DNA of 64,000 bases from Alphaproteobacteria bacterium (GCA_965246875.1 CBDFFU010000003.1:199385-263384); one strand, 5' to 3'; positions 8,459 through 19,108 are shown, numbered from the stretch's first letter. Numbers and translations: made by a program. Notes: generated from the sequence alone by a model not told the origin.

Positions 8459-11377
8459 TTATTTCCCCAACGCTTCATCCACCAATTTCGCCTGCTCCAC
8501 CGTATGACGTTTCAGCGAACCGGTGGCCGGTGATGCAGCGTCCGGGCGGCCAATATAGCGTGGGCGTTTGGTCGTATGTTTCATATCGACCAGCACGGCC
8601 TCGATGCGGCGGTCCATGAAACTCCACGCGCCCTGATTGTGCGGCTCTTCCTGGCACCAGACGATGTCGGCGTTGGGGTATTTTGCCAGTTCGCGTTTCA
8701 GCGCATCAGCCGGGAACGGATACATTTGCTCGACGCGCACCAGCGCAATGTCCTTGATGGTGCGCTCGTCGCGCGCCTGCAACAGATCGTAATAGACCTT
8801 GCCGGTCGTCAACACGACACGTTTGACTTTCTTGCCGTCCGCCAGATCTTTCGTCGCATCCTTGATCACGCGGCGGAAGGTTTTTTCCGGTGTAAACTCT
8901 ATCAAATCCGACACACAAAGCTTGTGTCGCAACAAGGATTTCGGCGTCATGATCACCAGCGGCTTGCGAAAATCACGCTGCATCTGACGGCGCAGGATGT
9001 GAAAATAGTTGGCGGGCGTCGTGCAATTCGCCACCTGGATATTATCTTCGGCACAGGCCTGTAGAAAACGTTCCAGACGGGCAGAGGAATGCTCCGGCCC
9101 CTGGCCCTCAAACCCATGTGGCAACAGCAACGTCAAACCCGACATGCGCAGCCATTTCGTTTCAGCCGATGTAATGAACTGATCGATCATAATCTGCGCG
9201 CCGTTGACGAAGTCGCCGAACTGCGCCTCCCACAGCACCAGCGATTTCGGATCGGCCAGAGAATAGCCGTATTCAAACCCCATCACCGCATATTCCGACA
9301 ATGGGCTTTCATAAATTTCGAACATCCCCTGATTGTCTTTGATATGTTGCAGCGGAATGTGACGCGCATTGGTGTTTTGGTCATACACCACATCATGCCG
9401 TTGCGAGAACGTGCCGCGGCCAACATCCTGCCCCGTCAAACGCACATCGAACCCGTCATTGAGCAATGTCCCAAACGCCAGGGCTTCGGCAGTCGACCAG
9501 TCGATGCCATGACCCTCATGCACCGCCTGTTGTTTGGCTTCAAACTGACGCGCGATTTTGCTGTTCACGGCAAAGTCGGCTGGTGTTTTGGTCATCGCCA
9601 GCGTGACCGCTTTCAGCACGTCTTTGGCCACGCCGGTGTCACCACGGCGTTCGATGCCGCTGGCCAAGGATAAGCCGCGCCAGGCGCCATCCAGCATGTC
9701 GGCTTTGGTCGGTTTGTAGGTTATAGCCTCGGTAAAGGCCGCTTCCAGATTGGTCTCAAACGTGGCTTTCATCTGTGCCAAGTCTGATGCTGGCAATGCG
9801 TTGCGTTGTGTCAGGCTGTCCGTATACACCGTCAACGTTGTCGCCTTGTCACGGATCGCCTGATACATCACCGGTTGCGTGAACGCCGGCTCATCGCTTT
9901 CATTATGGCCGTGACGGCGGTAACAGACGATATCCAAAACGATGTCTGCGCCGAACTGCAACCGGTAATCAATCGCCAATCGGCTGGCATAAGCGACCGC
10001 TTCCGGGTCATCGCCATTCACATGAATGATGGGGGCCTGGATGCCTTTGGCGATATCAGTTGGGTACGACGTAAAGCGGCCATACTCCGGTGTTGTGGTA
10101 AACCCAATTTGGTTGTTGATCACAATGTTGATCGATCCGCCCGTGGTGTAACCCTGCAAGCCCGAGAGAAGCAACGTTTCGCCCACCACGCCTTGGCCCG
10201 GAAATGCGGCGTCGCCGTGAATGATGATGGCCATCACGGTCTTGCGCTCGATGTCTTTTTTCTGCGCCTGTTTCGCGCGCACACGACCCACCACGACCGG
10301 GTTGACGGCCTCCAGATGGGACGGGTTTGGTGACAGGGACACATGCACATTGACGCCACCCAGATCGCGATCTGCCGATGCACCCATGTGATATTTTACA
10401 TCGCCTGACCCTTGCACGGAATCTGGCGTCGCTGGTGTCCCCTGAAATTCACTGAACAATGCCGTAAATGATTTCTGCAGCACGTTGGTCAAGACATTCA
10501 AACGGCCACGGTGTGCCATGCCGAACGCGACTTCGGTAATGCCTTTTTTCGCACCGTAACGCAAAGCCTCTTCAATCGCACAGATCGTGCTTTCGCCCCC
10601 CTCCAGACCAAACCGTTTGGTGGTGGTGTATTTTTTCTGGAGGAACAATTCCAAACCTTCAGCGCGCACCAGGTCATTGTACAGATTGCGCTGGTCATCA
10701 GCGGTCAATTGGCTTTGGTGCGGTTCGTCTTCGATATGACGCTTGAACCAGTGACGCTGCGCCGGGTCTTGCACATGCATATATTCAAACCCGATCGTGC
10801 CGCAATACAGCGTTTTCAAACGCGTCAGCACATCGTTGATTGTCGCGGTCGTAAAACCCAATTGGTTGACTGCAATTGGCCGATCCAAATCCTGTTGCGT
10901 AAAACCATAGGTTTGGGGTGATAGATCCGGATGTTCTTTCGGCTGCCACAACCCCAGCGGATCAAGTGATGACAATAAATGTCCGCGCATGCGATAGGCT
11001 TCAATCAACATGCTCAACCGTGACGCATCAGCTACAGCCGCATTCAGTTTTTCAAGTGATACACCGCCAGATGGTGCCGGTGATGCTGTTTTATCGGCAG
11101 CAGGCTTGTCGCTTTTGTTATCACCCTTGGCAACATGAGCCGCCGGTGTTGGCAGGATTGTTGGATCGTCGGTATTAGCGGGTTGATTGGGTGCCCAGGA
11201 GGCACCATGCAGTTCAGCCATCAAGGTGTTGGCATCGTCACCAAGCGATTCAAAAAATTGTGCCCAGCTGGCATCCACCGCATTGCGATTAGCGCGATAT
11301 TGCGCGTAAAGATCGGTCAGATACGCGCTGGACATACCGGTGGGTAACAAAGCGAGAGCGTTTTGTGCAGACGACAT
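8459..11377 (-). CDS. sucA: 2-oxoglutarate dehydrogenase E1 component
   Basis: 972 aa with collinear SucA blocks throughout (N-terminal YLTDLYAQY, TPP-binding region HGDAAFPGQGVV, C-terminal transketolase-like part). Confidence 0.95.
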   Translation of the reverse strand: MSSAQNALALLPTGMSSAYLTDLYAQYRANRNAVDASWAQFFESLGDDANTLMAELHGASWAPNQPANTDDPTILPTPAAHVAKGDNKSDKPAADKTASPAPSGGVSLEKLNAAVADASRLSMLIEAYRMRGHLLSSLDPLGLWQPKEHPDLSPQTYGFTQQDLDRPIAVNQLGFTTATINDVLTRLKTLYCGTIGFEYMHVQDPAQRHWFKRHIEDEPHQSQLTADDQRNLYNDLVRAEGLELFLQKKYTTTKRFGLEGGESTICAIEEALRYGAKKGITEVAFGMAHRGRLNVLTNVLQKSFTALFSEFQGTPATPDSVQGSGDVKYHMGASADRDLGGVNVHVSLSPNPSHLEAVNPVVVGRVRAKQAQKKDIERKTVMAIIIHGDAAFPGQGVVGETLLLSGLQGYTTGGSINIVINNQIGFTTTPEYGRFTSYPTDIAKGIQAPIIHVNGDDPEAVAYASRLAIDYRLQFGADIVLDIVCYRRHGHNESDEPAFTQPVMYQAIRDKATTLTVYTDSLTQRNALPASDLAQMKATFETNLEAAFTEAITYKPTKADMLDGAWRGLSLASGIERRGDTGVAKDVLKAVTLAMTKTPADFAVNSKIARQFEAKQQAVHEGHGIDWSTAEALAFGTLLNDGFDVRLTGQDVGRGTFSQRHDVVYDQNTNARHIPLQHIKDNQGMFEIYESPLSEYAVMGFEYGYSLADPKSLVLWEAQFGDFVNGAQIMIDQFITSAETKWLRMSGLTLLLPHGFEGQGPEHSSARLERFLQACAEDNIQVANCTTPANYFHILRRQMQRDFRKPLVIMTPKSLLRHKLCVSDLIEFTPEKTFRRVIKDATKDLADGKKVKRVVLTTGKVYYDLLQARDERTIKDIALVRVEQMYPFPADALKRELAKYPNADIVWCQEEPHNQGAWSFMDRRIEAVLVDMKHTTKRPRYIGRPDAASPATGSLKRHTVEQAKLVDEALGK

Positions 11378-11513
11378 AGGAAAAGCCTTTAAAAGCGGAT
11401 CAATAAATGTGTCCCATCATATCAAGCCAGACGTTAATGAAAAGCCCACAAAACACACGTGTGTGTGCCCATATCTTTAAGCTTTTCTTAGGGATAAATT
11501 ATAGGGTAAAGCC

Positions 11514-12500
11514 ATGTCGAATTTGCAGCGTGTTATTTTTTTGATGGTGTTGATCCTCTGGCTGTGCAGTGCGGCCCCTGGCCTAACACAGACAATCCCG
11601 GCCTGTAGCGGTGCCACAAACGAGGGGGCATCCTATGAAACTTGTACCAACGGTCTGTGTGAGAAATTTGTTTGTAATGGAACGTCATTCATGGCGCAGG
11701 AAACATGGAGCAATTCTGGCACACGCAATATCGACTTTGGGAATGATCCCAGTGTTTGCACCGCCGAACGCACGGGCCGTCTGCGCTATGCGGGCGGCAA
11801 CATCTGGGAATATTGCAACGGCTCAGTCTGGACAGGGTTTTCCGGCAGCCTGACTTTGCCGATCAATGGCAATAATGCCGTTTTGCCCCAAGGTCGCATT
11901 ATTGGCATTGGCACACCGTTACAGCGAAACTTGTTATCTTACGCCGGCACACGCAATATTTTCTTGGGCGACGATGCGGGTGGTGCTATCACGACTGGTA
12001 CCGACAACACGTTTATCGGTTACAGTGCTGGCAATGCCAACGTACTGGGCAGCAGCAATATTTTTGTCGGTTCCGGCACGGGCGGCCTGACCGTGCTGGC
12101 GTCCAATAACATTATTGTCGGCATCAATATCGACACGCCAACCGCTCTCACCAGCAATTACATCAATATCGGCAACGTGCTATGGGGCAACATGACGACG
12201 AATGGCTCCAACACCGGCACAGCTGATAACAGCGCGTCGCTGGCGATTGATGGCTCGCTAAATTGGGCACCAGCTCCGAAAGCTGCAGCAGCGGCAATGG
12301 CGGTCGTATGCGTTATAATGCATCGACTAAAAAGATGCAGTATTGCAACGAAACAGCCTGGACGGATCTATGATGATTTTATTCGTGTTTACGACACTGC
12401 TAACGATCAGTGCCTGTGTGATGTTTGTTTACGCGATATTCCGGTTGAGTTGAAAGATTCTCAGTTTAGATTTCTGTCTTCACATCACATAGCGCAATAA
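11514..12500 (+). CDS. secreted Gly/Asn-rich repeat protein, probably frameshifted near 12251-12290
   Basis: Signal peptide, then short repeats (NIFLGDDAGG, NTFIGYSAGN, NIFVGSGTGG). A motif seen near the N-terminus reappears at the 3' end only in another frame, which stops at 12371-12373. Confidence 0.5.
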   Translation: MSNLQRVIFLMVLILWLCSAAPGLTQTIPACSGATNEGASYETCTNGLCEKFVCNGTSFMAQETWSNSGTRNIDFGNDPSVCTAERTGRLRYAGGNIWEYCNGSVWTGFSGSLTLPINGNNAVLPQGRIIGIGTPLQRNLLSYAGTRNIFLGDDAGGAITTGTDNTFIGYSAGNANVLGSSNIFVGSGTGGLTVLASNNIIVGINIDTPTALTSNYINIGNVLWGNMTTNGSNTGTADNSASLAIDGSLNWAPAPKAAAAAMAVVCVIMHRLKRCSIATKQPGRIYDDFIRVYDTANDQCLCDVCLRDIPVELKDSQFRFLSSHHIAQ

Positions 12501-12667
12501 AGCCTAATGGGACAGATGGATGTACGACTTTTGTCCAACACTTTTCATGGCTGAATATAGACTGACTCGCTGCTTCATCACGATGAGAGGTTATAGTCAG
12601 TGTTATTTATTCACCAGTCACAATCGACAAGCCACAAAACCACACACATAACCCTTATGGCCTGACA

Positions 12668-15007
12668 TTACACAGTCTCTTTCACTTTCTTCACCCGCGG
12701 CTTACGCATCTTTGGTAGTGGTGCTTTCATCAGTGGCTGAATGTTAAACACCAGTTTTTTCTCTGCTAATGCAATCTGCACCTCGCCACCATCAACCAAC
12801 TGTCCGAAGAGGATTTCATCCGTCAGTGGTTTTTTGATTTCGTTATCAATGACGCGGCCCAGTGGACGCGCACCCATGGCGCGGTCATAGCCTTTTTGCG
12901 CCAGATAGGTGCGGGCCTCTGATGTCAATGAGAAGGTTACACCCTTATCCGCCAATTGCTGTTCCAGGCGATATATAAATTTATCCACAACCTGCCCGAC
13001 AATTTCGGGCGATAAATGACCGAACGGCACAACCGCGTCCAGACGGTTGCGAAACTCTGGTGTAAAGGTGCGTTTGATCGCTTCGTTATCGTCGTCCATG
13101 TTCGTTTGCGGGCCAAAACCGATCGTCGGGCGTTCCAGTTCTGCGGCGCCCGCATTCGTCGTCATGATGATGATCGTGTGGCGGAAATCGACGGACTTGC
13201 CATTGCTGTCCGTCACCTTACCGTAATCCATCATCTGCAGCAAAATATTGAACAGATCGGGGTGCGCTTTTTCAATTTCATCGAGTAACAACACCGCGTG
13301 CGGCGTCTGATCAACCGCATCCGTCAACAACCCGCCCTGGTCAAAGCCCACATAACCCGGAGGCGCGCCAATCAGACGCGACACGGAATGCCGCTCCATA
13401 TATTCCGACATGTCAAAACGGATGAGTTTGATGCCCAGCAATTGCGCCAATTGTTTCGCGACTTCGGTTTTGCCGACACCGGTTGGCCCGGCAAAGAGAT
13501 ATGACCCGATCGGCTTGTCGTGATCGCGCAAGCCGGCGCGGGACATTTTGATCGCGGTCGCTATCGACTCGATGGCACGCTCCTGGCCAAACACCAGACG
13601 CTGCAGATCACCCTGCAAACCTTTGAGAATAGTCTTGTCGTCTTGGGAGACGGAACTGGCCGGAATACGCGCAATTTTGGCCACGACGACTTCGATATCA
13701 TTGACGGTGATCTGATTATGCCGCTGGTCGTCCGGCAGCAACCGTTGCGCCGCACCCGCCTCGTCCAGCACATCCAGCGCCTTGTCCGGCAATTTGCGGT
13801 CGGTAATATAGCGCATTGACAAATTGACGGCCGCTTTCAACGCGTCATCGTCGTAGGTCAGACCGTGATATTGCTCATAGTAGCTTTTCAAACCCGATAA
13901 AATGCGGATCGTTTCATCCACCGATGGTTCATTGACGTCAATCTTCTGGAACCGGCGCACCAGCGCGCGGTCTTTTTCAAAATGATTGCGATACTCTTTG
14001 TACGTCGTCGACCCCAGACAGCGGATCTTGCCGCGTGACAAAGCTGGTTTCAGCAAATTCGAGGCATCCATCGCCCCGCCCGACGTCGCGCCAGCCCCAA
14101 CGATGGTGTGAATTTCATCGATAAACAGCACGGAATGCGGCAAAGCTTCCAATTCGTTGATGACGGCTTTCAACCGCTCTTCAAAATCACCGCGATAACG
14201 CGTGCCGGCCAGCAATGACCCCATATCCAGCGCGTAAATCACGGCGTCTTTTAGCACCGCTGGCACATCGCCATCAACGATCCGCTTGGCTAAGCCTTCG
14301 GCAATCGCCGTTTTGCCCACGCCTGGTTCACCGACATAGAGCGGATTGTTTTTGGAACGGCGGCACAAAATCTGGATCGTGCGCTCCACCTCATCGGCGC
14401 GGCCGATCAAAGTATCAATCTCGCCCTTGATGGCTTTTGCATTTAAATCGACGCAGAAACTTTTTAAGGCATCGTTGGTTTTGGCTTTTGTGTCCTCTTC
14501 CGGCTCTTCGCGGTTTGGTTCTTTGGCCGTCTTATCGCCGGCACCCGTCACCGGATTGTCGGCGTTGTGCGCCGGATTTTTCGCAATGCCGTGCGACATG
14601 AAATTGACCGCGTCAAACCGCGTCATGTCTTGTTCCTGCAAGAAATACACCGCATGGCTTTCGCGTTCCGAGAACATGGCAACCAATAAATTCGCGCCCG
14701 TCACTTCGGTCCGGCCCGAACTCTGCACATGAATGGCCGCACGCTGGATGACACGCTGGAAACTGGAGGTCGGTTTGGCTTCTTCATGACCAGACCCCAT
14801 CAACCCGCTTAATTCATGATCAACAAACTCACTGACCTCGCGGCGCAATTCGTCGATCGCCACGCCACAGGCGCGCAGTACGGGCATGGCATCCGCATCT
14901 TCCAGCAACGCCAGCAGCAAATGCTCCAGTGTCGCAAATTCATGGCTGCGCACATTGGCAAAATGCAGGGCGCGATGGAGGGTCTGTTCGAGTTGATGTG
15001 ATAACAT
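12668..15007 (-). CDS. clpA: ATP-dependent Clp protease ATP-binding subunit ClpA
   Basis: 779 aa with an N-domain and two AAA+ modules (GEPGVGKT and GPTGVGKT Walker A motifs). Confidence 0.95.
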   Translation of the reverse strand: MLSHQLEQTLHRALHFANVRSHEFATLEHLLLALLEDADAMPVLRACGVAIDELRREVSEFVDHELSGLMGSGHEEAKPTSSFQRVIQRAAIHVQSSGRTEVTGANLLVAMFSERESHAVYFLQEQDMTRFDAVNFMSHGIAKNPAHNADNPVTGAGDKTAKEPNREEPEEDTKAKTNDALKSFCVDLNAKAIKGEIDTLIGRADEVERTIQILCRRSKNNPLYVGEPGVGKTAIAEGLAKRIVDGDVPAVLKDAVIYALDMGSLLAGTRYRGDFEERLKAVINELEALPHSVLFIDEIHTIVGAGATSGGAMDASNLLKPALSRGKIRCLGSTTYKEYRNHFEKDRALVRRFQKIDVNEPSVDETIRILSGLKSYYEQYHGLTYDDDALKAAVNLSMRYITDRKLPDKALDVLDEAGAAQRLLPDDQRHNQITVNDIEVVVAKIARIPASSVSQDDKTILKGLQGDLQRLVFGQERAIESIATAIKMSRAGLRDHDKPIGSYLFAGPTGVGKTEVAKQLAQLLGIKLIRFDMSEYMERHSVSRLIGAPPGYVGFDQGGLLTDAVDQTPHAVLLLDEIEKAHPDLFNILLQMMDYGKVTDSNGKSVDFRHTIIIMTTNAGAAELERPTIGFGPQTNMDDDNEAIKRTFTPEFRNRLDAVVPFGHLSPEIVGQVVDKFIYRLEQQLADKGVTFSLTSEARTYLAQKGYDRAMGARPLGRVIDNEIKKPLTDEILFGQLVDGGEVQIALAEKKLVFNIQPLMKAPLPKMRKPRVKKVKETV

Positions 15008-15009
15008 TA

Positions 15010-15274
15010 GGGCATGTCTCCGGTTAAATTACAGGCATGGCGCGAGATAATCTTATTGCTGGCTATGAAGGGCGCACAGAGCATAGCAGAGCTATGCGCC
15101 AGCGTTCTGAAGACGCCAGAGATAAGATTATCCGCGTCCTGCGGATGATCAAAAGAAGGCCGGTCTGGTGCGTCAAAACCTTTACCCATAGCGCCGCTAT
15201 GGCTTGCAGGCTTTTCCTGCCATTCCGGCCTTCTTTTGATCACCATGCTCTGCAATTTAACCGGAGACATGCCC
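15010..15274. mobile_element. 265-bp MITE-like palindromic element with 21-bp perfect terminal inverted repeats and TTA duplication
   Basis: GGGCATGTCTCCGGTTAAATT at 15010-15030 is the exact reverse complement of 15254-15274. TTA flanks both ends (15007-9 and 15275-7). Internal nested inverted repeats are present (15148-15164 with 15226-15242, 15046-15056 with 15121-15131). Confidence 0.7.
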
Positions 15275-15751
15275 TTAATTCTCTCTTTCCATCGTGCATT
15301 GCAACGGATGTTCATGGCCACGCGCCAACAACATCACCTGATCAACCTTGGTTTCCGCAATTTCATAGGTATAGACACCCGCCGTGCCGATGCCTTTTTG
15401 ATGCACCGCCAGCATGATGTCCGTGGCCTCGGCACGTGATTTGTTGAACACCCGCTCCAGCACATAGGTCACAAATTCCATCGGCGTAAAATCGTCGTTC
15501 AACAACAGCACCCGGTACATCGGCGGCTTTTTGGTTTTTGGCCGCACCTTCAGCGCTAAATCGTCGGCAAAGGCATCATTGTTATCGACTCTGGTCGGGC
15601 CGCTGCCACGGTGGCCGCCAGTCGGACTTTTTGGCCGTGCGGCGTTCAGGGGGTATGACGGTTTCGTTGCCAGGGTTCCCTTGATATCGTTCGCCACGCC
15701 CAAATATCCAGAGGGGCGCAAAAAAGACAAATCGGAGCAAGGCAATCTCAT
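15275..15751 (-). CDS. clpS: ATP-dependent Clp protease adaptor ClpS (true start probably internal)
   Basis: The C-terminal 90 aa are canonical ClpS ([46 protein letters not shown]). The N-terminal extension is unconserved, and an in-frame GTG at codon 19 is an alternative start. Confidence 0.9.
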   Translation of the reverse strand: MRLPCSDLSFLRPSGYLGVANDIKGTLATKPSYPLNAARPKSPTGGHRGSGPTRVDNNDAFADDLALKVRPKTKKPPMYRVLLLNDDFTPMEFVTYVLERVFNKSRAEATDIMLAVHQKGIGTAGVYTYEIAETKVDQVMLLARGHEHPLQCTMEREN

Positions 15752-15933
15752 CCCTTTAGTCTGCCTGAACAGCCTGAACAGAGGGTTAAGGCATTGATTT
15801 TGAATAGGACATAATTCTGGGGATGTTTTGTCGGCTTATTTACACGAAAAGCCTAAGTATAATCCATTTGTAACATTTATCGGATCTATACTACTCTGCA
15901 TAAACAGTAATAACAAACCTGACAGGAAACTAC

Positions 15934-16287
15934 ATGTTAAACATGCTTAGGATTGCTTTAAGTTTAAAAGGCAGAATAGATCGTAAAACATACATTCGAA
16001 ATTTTATTTTATTTTTTTGCTTTTGCGGCTGTATCTACTTTATCCCTATTTGTGAAAATCAAAGATTTGTCAGCAATGTCGATTATATTTTTTGCCAATC
16101 TTATGATCTCGTTAGTATTTTGATTATTGTTATTAATTTATGGTGGTTTACAGTTACTCATGTCAAACGCTGTCATGATCTTAATCGACCTTGGAAATAT
16201 TTACTAAGTTTAAAATCAAACATTACTCTATTCACAGAACCGGGTACTAATAGTGCCAATTTTTATGGTCCACCACCGAAAAAATAA
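15934..16287 (+). CDS. DUF805-type inner-membrane protein
   Basis: Shows KGRIDRKTY, VKRCHDLNRPWKY and a C-terminal NFYGPPP pattern. The gene is AT-rich. Its stop abuts the convergent prfB stop (TAATTA). Confidence 0.65.
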   Translation: MLNMLRIALSLKGRIDRKTYIRNFILFFCFCGCIYFIPICENQRFVSNVDYIFCQSYDLVSILIIVINLWWFTVTHVKRCHDLNRPWKYLLSLKSNITLFTEPGTNSANFYGPPPKK

Positions 16288-17398
16288 TTACTCCCCGCCC
16301 GTCATCATACTCTTCCGCAGCATCGCGCTGATAAACATATTCAGATCCCCATTCAGCACGTCCTGGGTTTGGCTGGTTTCGACGTTGGTGCGGAGGTCTT
16401 TCACCATCTGGTATGGGTGCAGCACGTACGAGCGGATCTGGTGGCCCCAGCCGATTTCGGTTTTCAAGCCTTGGGCCGCGTCTTTGGTGGCTTGCTGTTT
16501 CTGGCGTTCCAGTTCGTACAATTTCGCTTTTAACATCTGCATTGCCTGGTCTCGGTTTTGGTGTTGCGACCGTTCCGATTGACAGGTGACCACTGTTCCC
16601 GTCGGCATATGTGTAATGCGTACAGCGGAATCCGTCGTGTTAACGTGTTGACCACCCGCACCCGATGCGCGATAGGTGTCGATTTTTAAATCCTTGTCCA
16701 GCACTTCAATTTCGATACTGTCATCAATCACCGGCGATACCGCGATGGAGGCAAAACTGGTATGGCGCTTGGCATTGCTGTCGAACGGCGATATGCGCAC
16801 CAACCGATGCACGCCGCTTTCGACTTTCAGCCAGCCGAACGCGTTGCGCCCTTTGACCAACACGGTGGCCGATTTGATGCCTGCCCCTTCACCGTCCAGA
16901 ATCGATTGAATTTGTGTTTTATATTGGTTCTGATCACACCAGCGGAGGTACATGCGAAACAGCATGTCGGCCCAGTCCTGCGCCTCGGTGCCACCAGCCC
17001 CGGCATTGATCTCGATATAGGCGTCGTTGCCATCAACTTCGCCGGATAATAACGTCTGCAACTCGGCCTGTTCGGCGGTTTTGGCCAGATCGCGCAAGGC
17101 ATCTTCGGCCTCGGCGACGATCGACGACTCGTTTTCCGCCTCGCCCATTTCGATCAGGCCCAAATTATCGGTCAGCTTATTCTCTAAATCCGAAATCGCG
17201 GCCATGCGCTGTTGCAAATCATTACGCTCCCGCATCATAATCTGCGCGCGCGCCGCGTCGTTCCACAAATTCGGGTCTTCGGACAGATTATCCAGCTCCG
17301 CTAGACGGTCGACCGATTTATCCCAGTCAAAGATGCCCCCTTAGCAGACCGATGGTCTGCCGGACATTAGCAATCAGGTTTTGGATTTGGGGATTCAT
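16288..17398 (-). CDS. prfB: peptide chain release factor 2, expressed through a programmed +1 frameshift
   Basis: The main ORF 16288..17268 is RF2 (SPF and GGQ motifs). The upstream frame starts at the ATG at 17396-17398 ([23 protein letters not shown]) and ends at an in-frame TGA inside CTTTGAC. Confidence 0.9.
17326..17332 (-). promoter_or_regulatory. prfB +1 recoding site CTT TGA C with upstream SD-like AGGGGG
   Basis: The minus strand reads AGGGGGCATCTTTGAC. This is the classical RF2 autoregulatory frameshift cassette. Confidence 0.9.
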
Positions 17399-17465
17399 GA
17401 GGGATTTTATAAAAGAAACGCCAAGATTTGACAAGATACAACTATGCCCTGTCTGTTCCATAGGC

Positions 17466-17813
17466 TTAATCAAACAGATGGAAGCGATACATCAAACCCA
17501 GCGATAAGATCGCGAAACTCAGAATTTGCAACGCAGCTGTTTTGGCTCGGCTGGCTCGGCCAGCAGTCCTGTCGGCCAAAAGCGCGCATTTGACGATACC
17601 GCCCGTCAACCCGGAGAAGGTCACCAGATTCAGAAACATAAAACCAACATCAGTGAGGCGGCACACATCAAACTCGCAGGCGGCGATGTGCCACAGACCC
17701 ATACATAAAAGGGCCATACATATAAAAAAGGCTTTTCCCGACACATACTGTATGACCGCATAAGGCAGCAGACCCAGGGCGAGACACACCGAAAATGCAA
17801 TGATTAAATCCAT
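17466..17813 (-). CDS. small polytopic membrane protein (paralogue A)
   Basis: 115 aa with about 4 hydrophobic spans and the same architecture as 17907..18251. Confidence 0.4.
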   Translation of the reverse strand: MDLIIAFSVCLALGLLPYAVIQYVSGKAFFICMALLCMGLWHIAACEFDVCRLTDVGFMFLNLVTFSGLTGGIVKCALLADRTAGRASRAKTAALQILSFAILSLGLMYRFHLFD

Positions 17814-17906
17814 GAAAAAAAACGCACCCTATCAAATGCATTTTAAAGATTTGATCTTAAAAATTGCTTACGCCGCCTACGATATCTTAGTTATAATACT
17901 GAATGT

Positions 17907-18251
17907 TCAAGGGTGATAAATTTTGATGCACCAATATAAAATCATACATAAACAAGCCAAAACTTGAATAATCGCGCGTTTCGTCAAGTTGATCGGCGTT
18001 TTACGACCATACGTCATCAATATCAGTTTGACGATGACACCGCTGAAACACGCAATCGTCAGACAATGGACCAGCATCAAGCCAATATTTGTTTCATAAC
18101 TGTGACGCTGCATATCAAACAACATGAGATTTGCGAACGACATCAAAGATGCCGCAAAAGCGATTAAAAACACCCTGCCCGCCAACATCTGAATCAGCAG
18201 AAATGGGATCAAATGAATGACCGCCATGACGACACAAACAAACAAAATCAT
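17907..18251 (-). CDS. small polytopic membrane protein (paralogue B)
   Basis: 114 aa with about 4 hydrophobic spans. It forms a tandem pair with 17466..17813. Confidence 0.4.
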   Translation of the reverse strand: MILFVCVVMAVIHLIPFLLIQMLAGRVFLIAFAASLMSFANLMLFDMQRHSYETNIGLMLVHCLTIACFSGVIVKLILMTYGRKTPINLTKRAIIQVLACLCMILYWCIKIYHP

Positions 18252-18270
18252 GACAATCTAACAGTCATAA

Positions 18271-18297
18271 AAAAACCCACTCTCTCAAGTGGGTTTT
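18271..18297 (-). terminator. rho-independent terminator after the DJ-1/PfpI gene
   Basis: The minus strand reads AACCCAC-TTGAGAGA-GTGGGTT followed by a T run. Confidence 0.6.
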
Positions 18298-18321
18298 AAA
18301 GATCTGATCTTAAAAATTAGC

Positions 18322-18921
18322 TTACGCCGCTTGTGGCATCTCATAGGTTGCTGGCATTTGCGTGAACAATGTTGCGCAGACCGTGGTAAAATCGGCATCG
18401 CTTTGTGCGGCCAGGGCGGTGACCACATGGCCATCGGCAACCAGTGTTTCAGTTGACCAAGTCGCACCAGCATCGGTCATGGTCTTTTCCAACACGTCGG
18501 TGCCGGTGACCGTATAGCCTTTGGCGCGTTCGCTGACTGCCAGCATATGCACGGCATCGCCCAGGAACATGGCCGGTTTGCCGGCATCCATGAAACCGCG
18601 GGTGATGCGGCGGGCATGGGCGTTGTCTTTGAGTTTGTCGATCGAACGTGACCCGCCAACGATCAGCAGACCGTCATAATCAGCGGCCAAAACGGTAGAG
18701 ACGCTGGCATCAACCGGGAAATGGTGACCCCATTTGCCGACCATGACGCCGTCTTTGCCTTCTTCGGTGCGCCAGGAATTGACCAGACCGTTCTCGGTGC
18801 TGACGATTTTAGCGGTGGCGCCTTCGGTTGCCAGCAGGCGTTGCGTAAAGCTGAAATCAGTTTCGTCAAAACCATTAGCGACCAATACGACGATACGTTT
18901 ACCCATCAGCCTTTTTTCCAT
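18322..18921 (-). CDS. DJ-1/PfpI family protein
   Basis: Shows KRIVVLVANGFDE and a class-I glutamine-amidotransferase-like fold pattern. The ATG at 18919-18921 is preceded by GGGAGAA. The track ORF extends to 18975. Confidence 0.7.
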   Translation of the reverse strand: MEKRLMGKRIVVLVANGFDETDFSFTQRLLATEGATAKIVSTENGLVNSWRTEEGKDGVMVGKWGHHFPVDASVSTVLAADYDGLLIVGGSRSIDKLKDNAHARRITRGFMDAGKPAMFLGDAVHMLAVSERAKGYTVTGTDVLEKTMTDAGATWSTETLVADGHVVTALAAQSDADFTTVCATLFTQMPATYEMPQAA

Positions 18922-19108
18922 GCTGCAATTCTCCCAGATATGTGTTTTAGATAATAAAAATGCGACTTCGCCCAATGCGTTACGCTTTTAAGTTGGCGTA
19001 CTATGCTTAAAATTGCGGCGTTTGTCAAGCAAAAAGCGCTTGCCACCAGCAAATGACGCCTTAAAATGGCACTTAATAAATTGATCGTTGCACAAGGATG
19101 ATCCCGTC

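Noticed and set aside
8576-11347. Multiple 60-190 codon plus-strand ORFs inside sucA. Similar shadow ORFs occur inside clpA, polA, sucC/D, pgi, ompA and the porin gene.
   Set aside because: They lie antisense to or out of frame within strongly supported housekeeping genes. Their compositions are Arg/His-rich with no independent support.
15007-15417. ORFs of 104 and 126 codons between clpA and clpS.
   Set aside because: Both run through the 265-bp palindromic element and mirror each other because of its inverted repeats (both contain ...GDMP...). They have no RBS or motif support.
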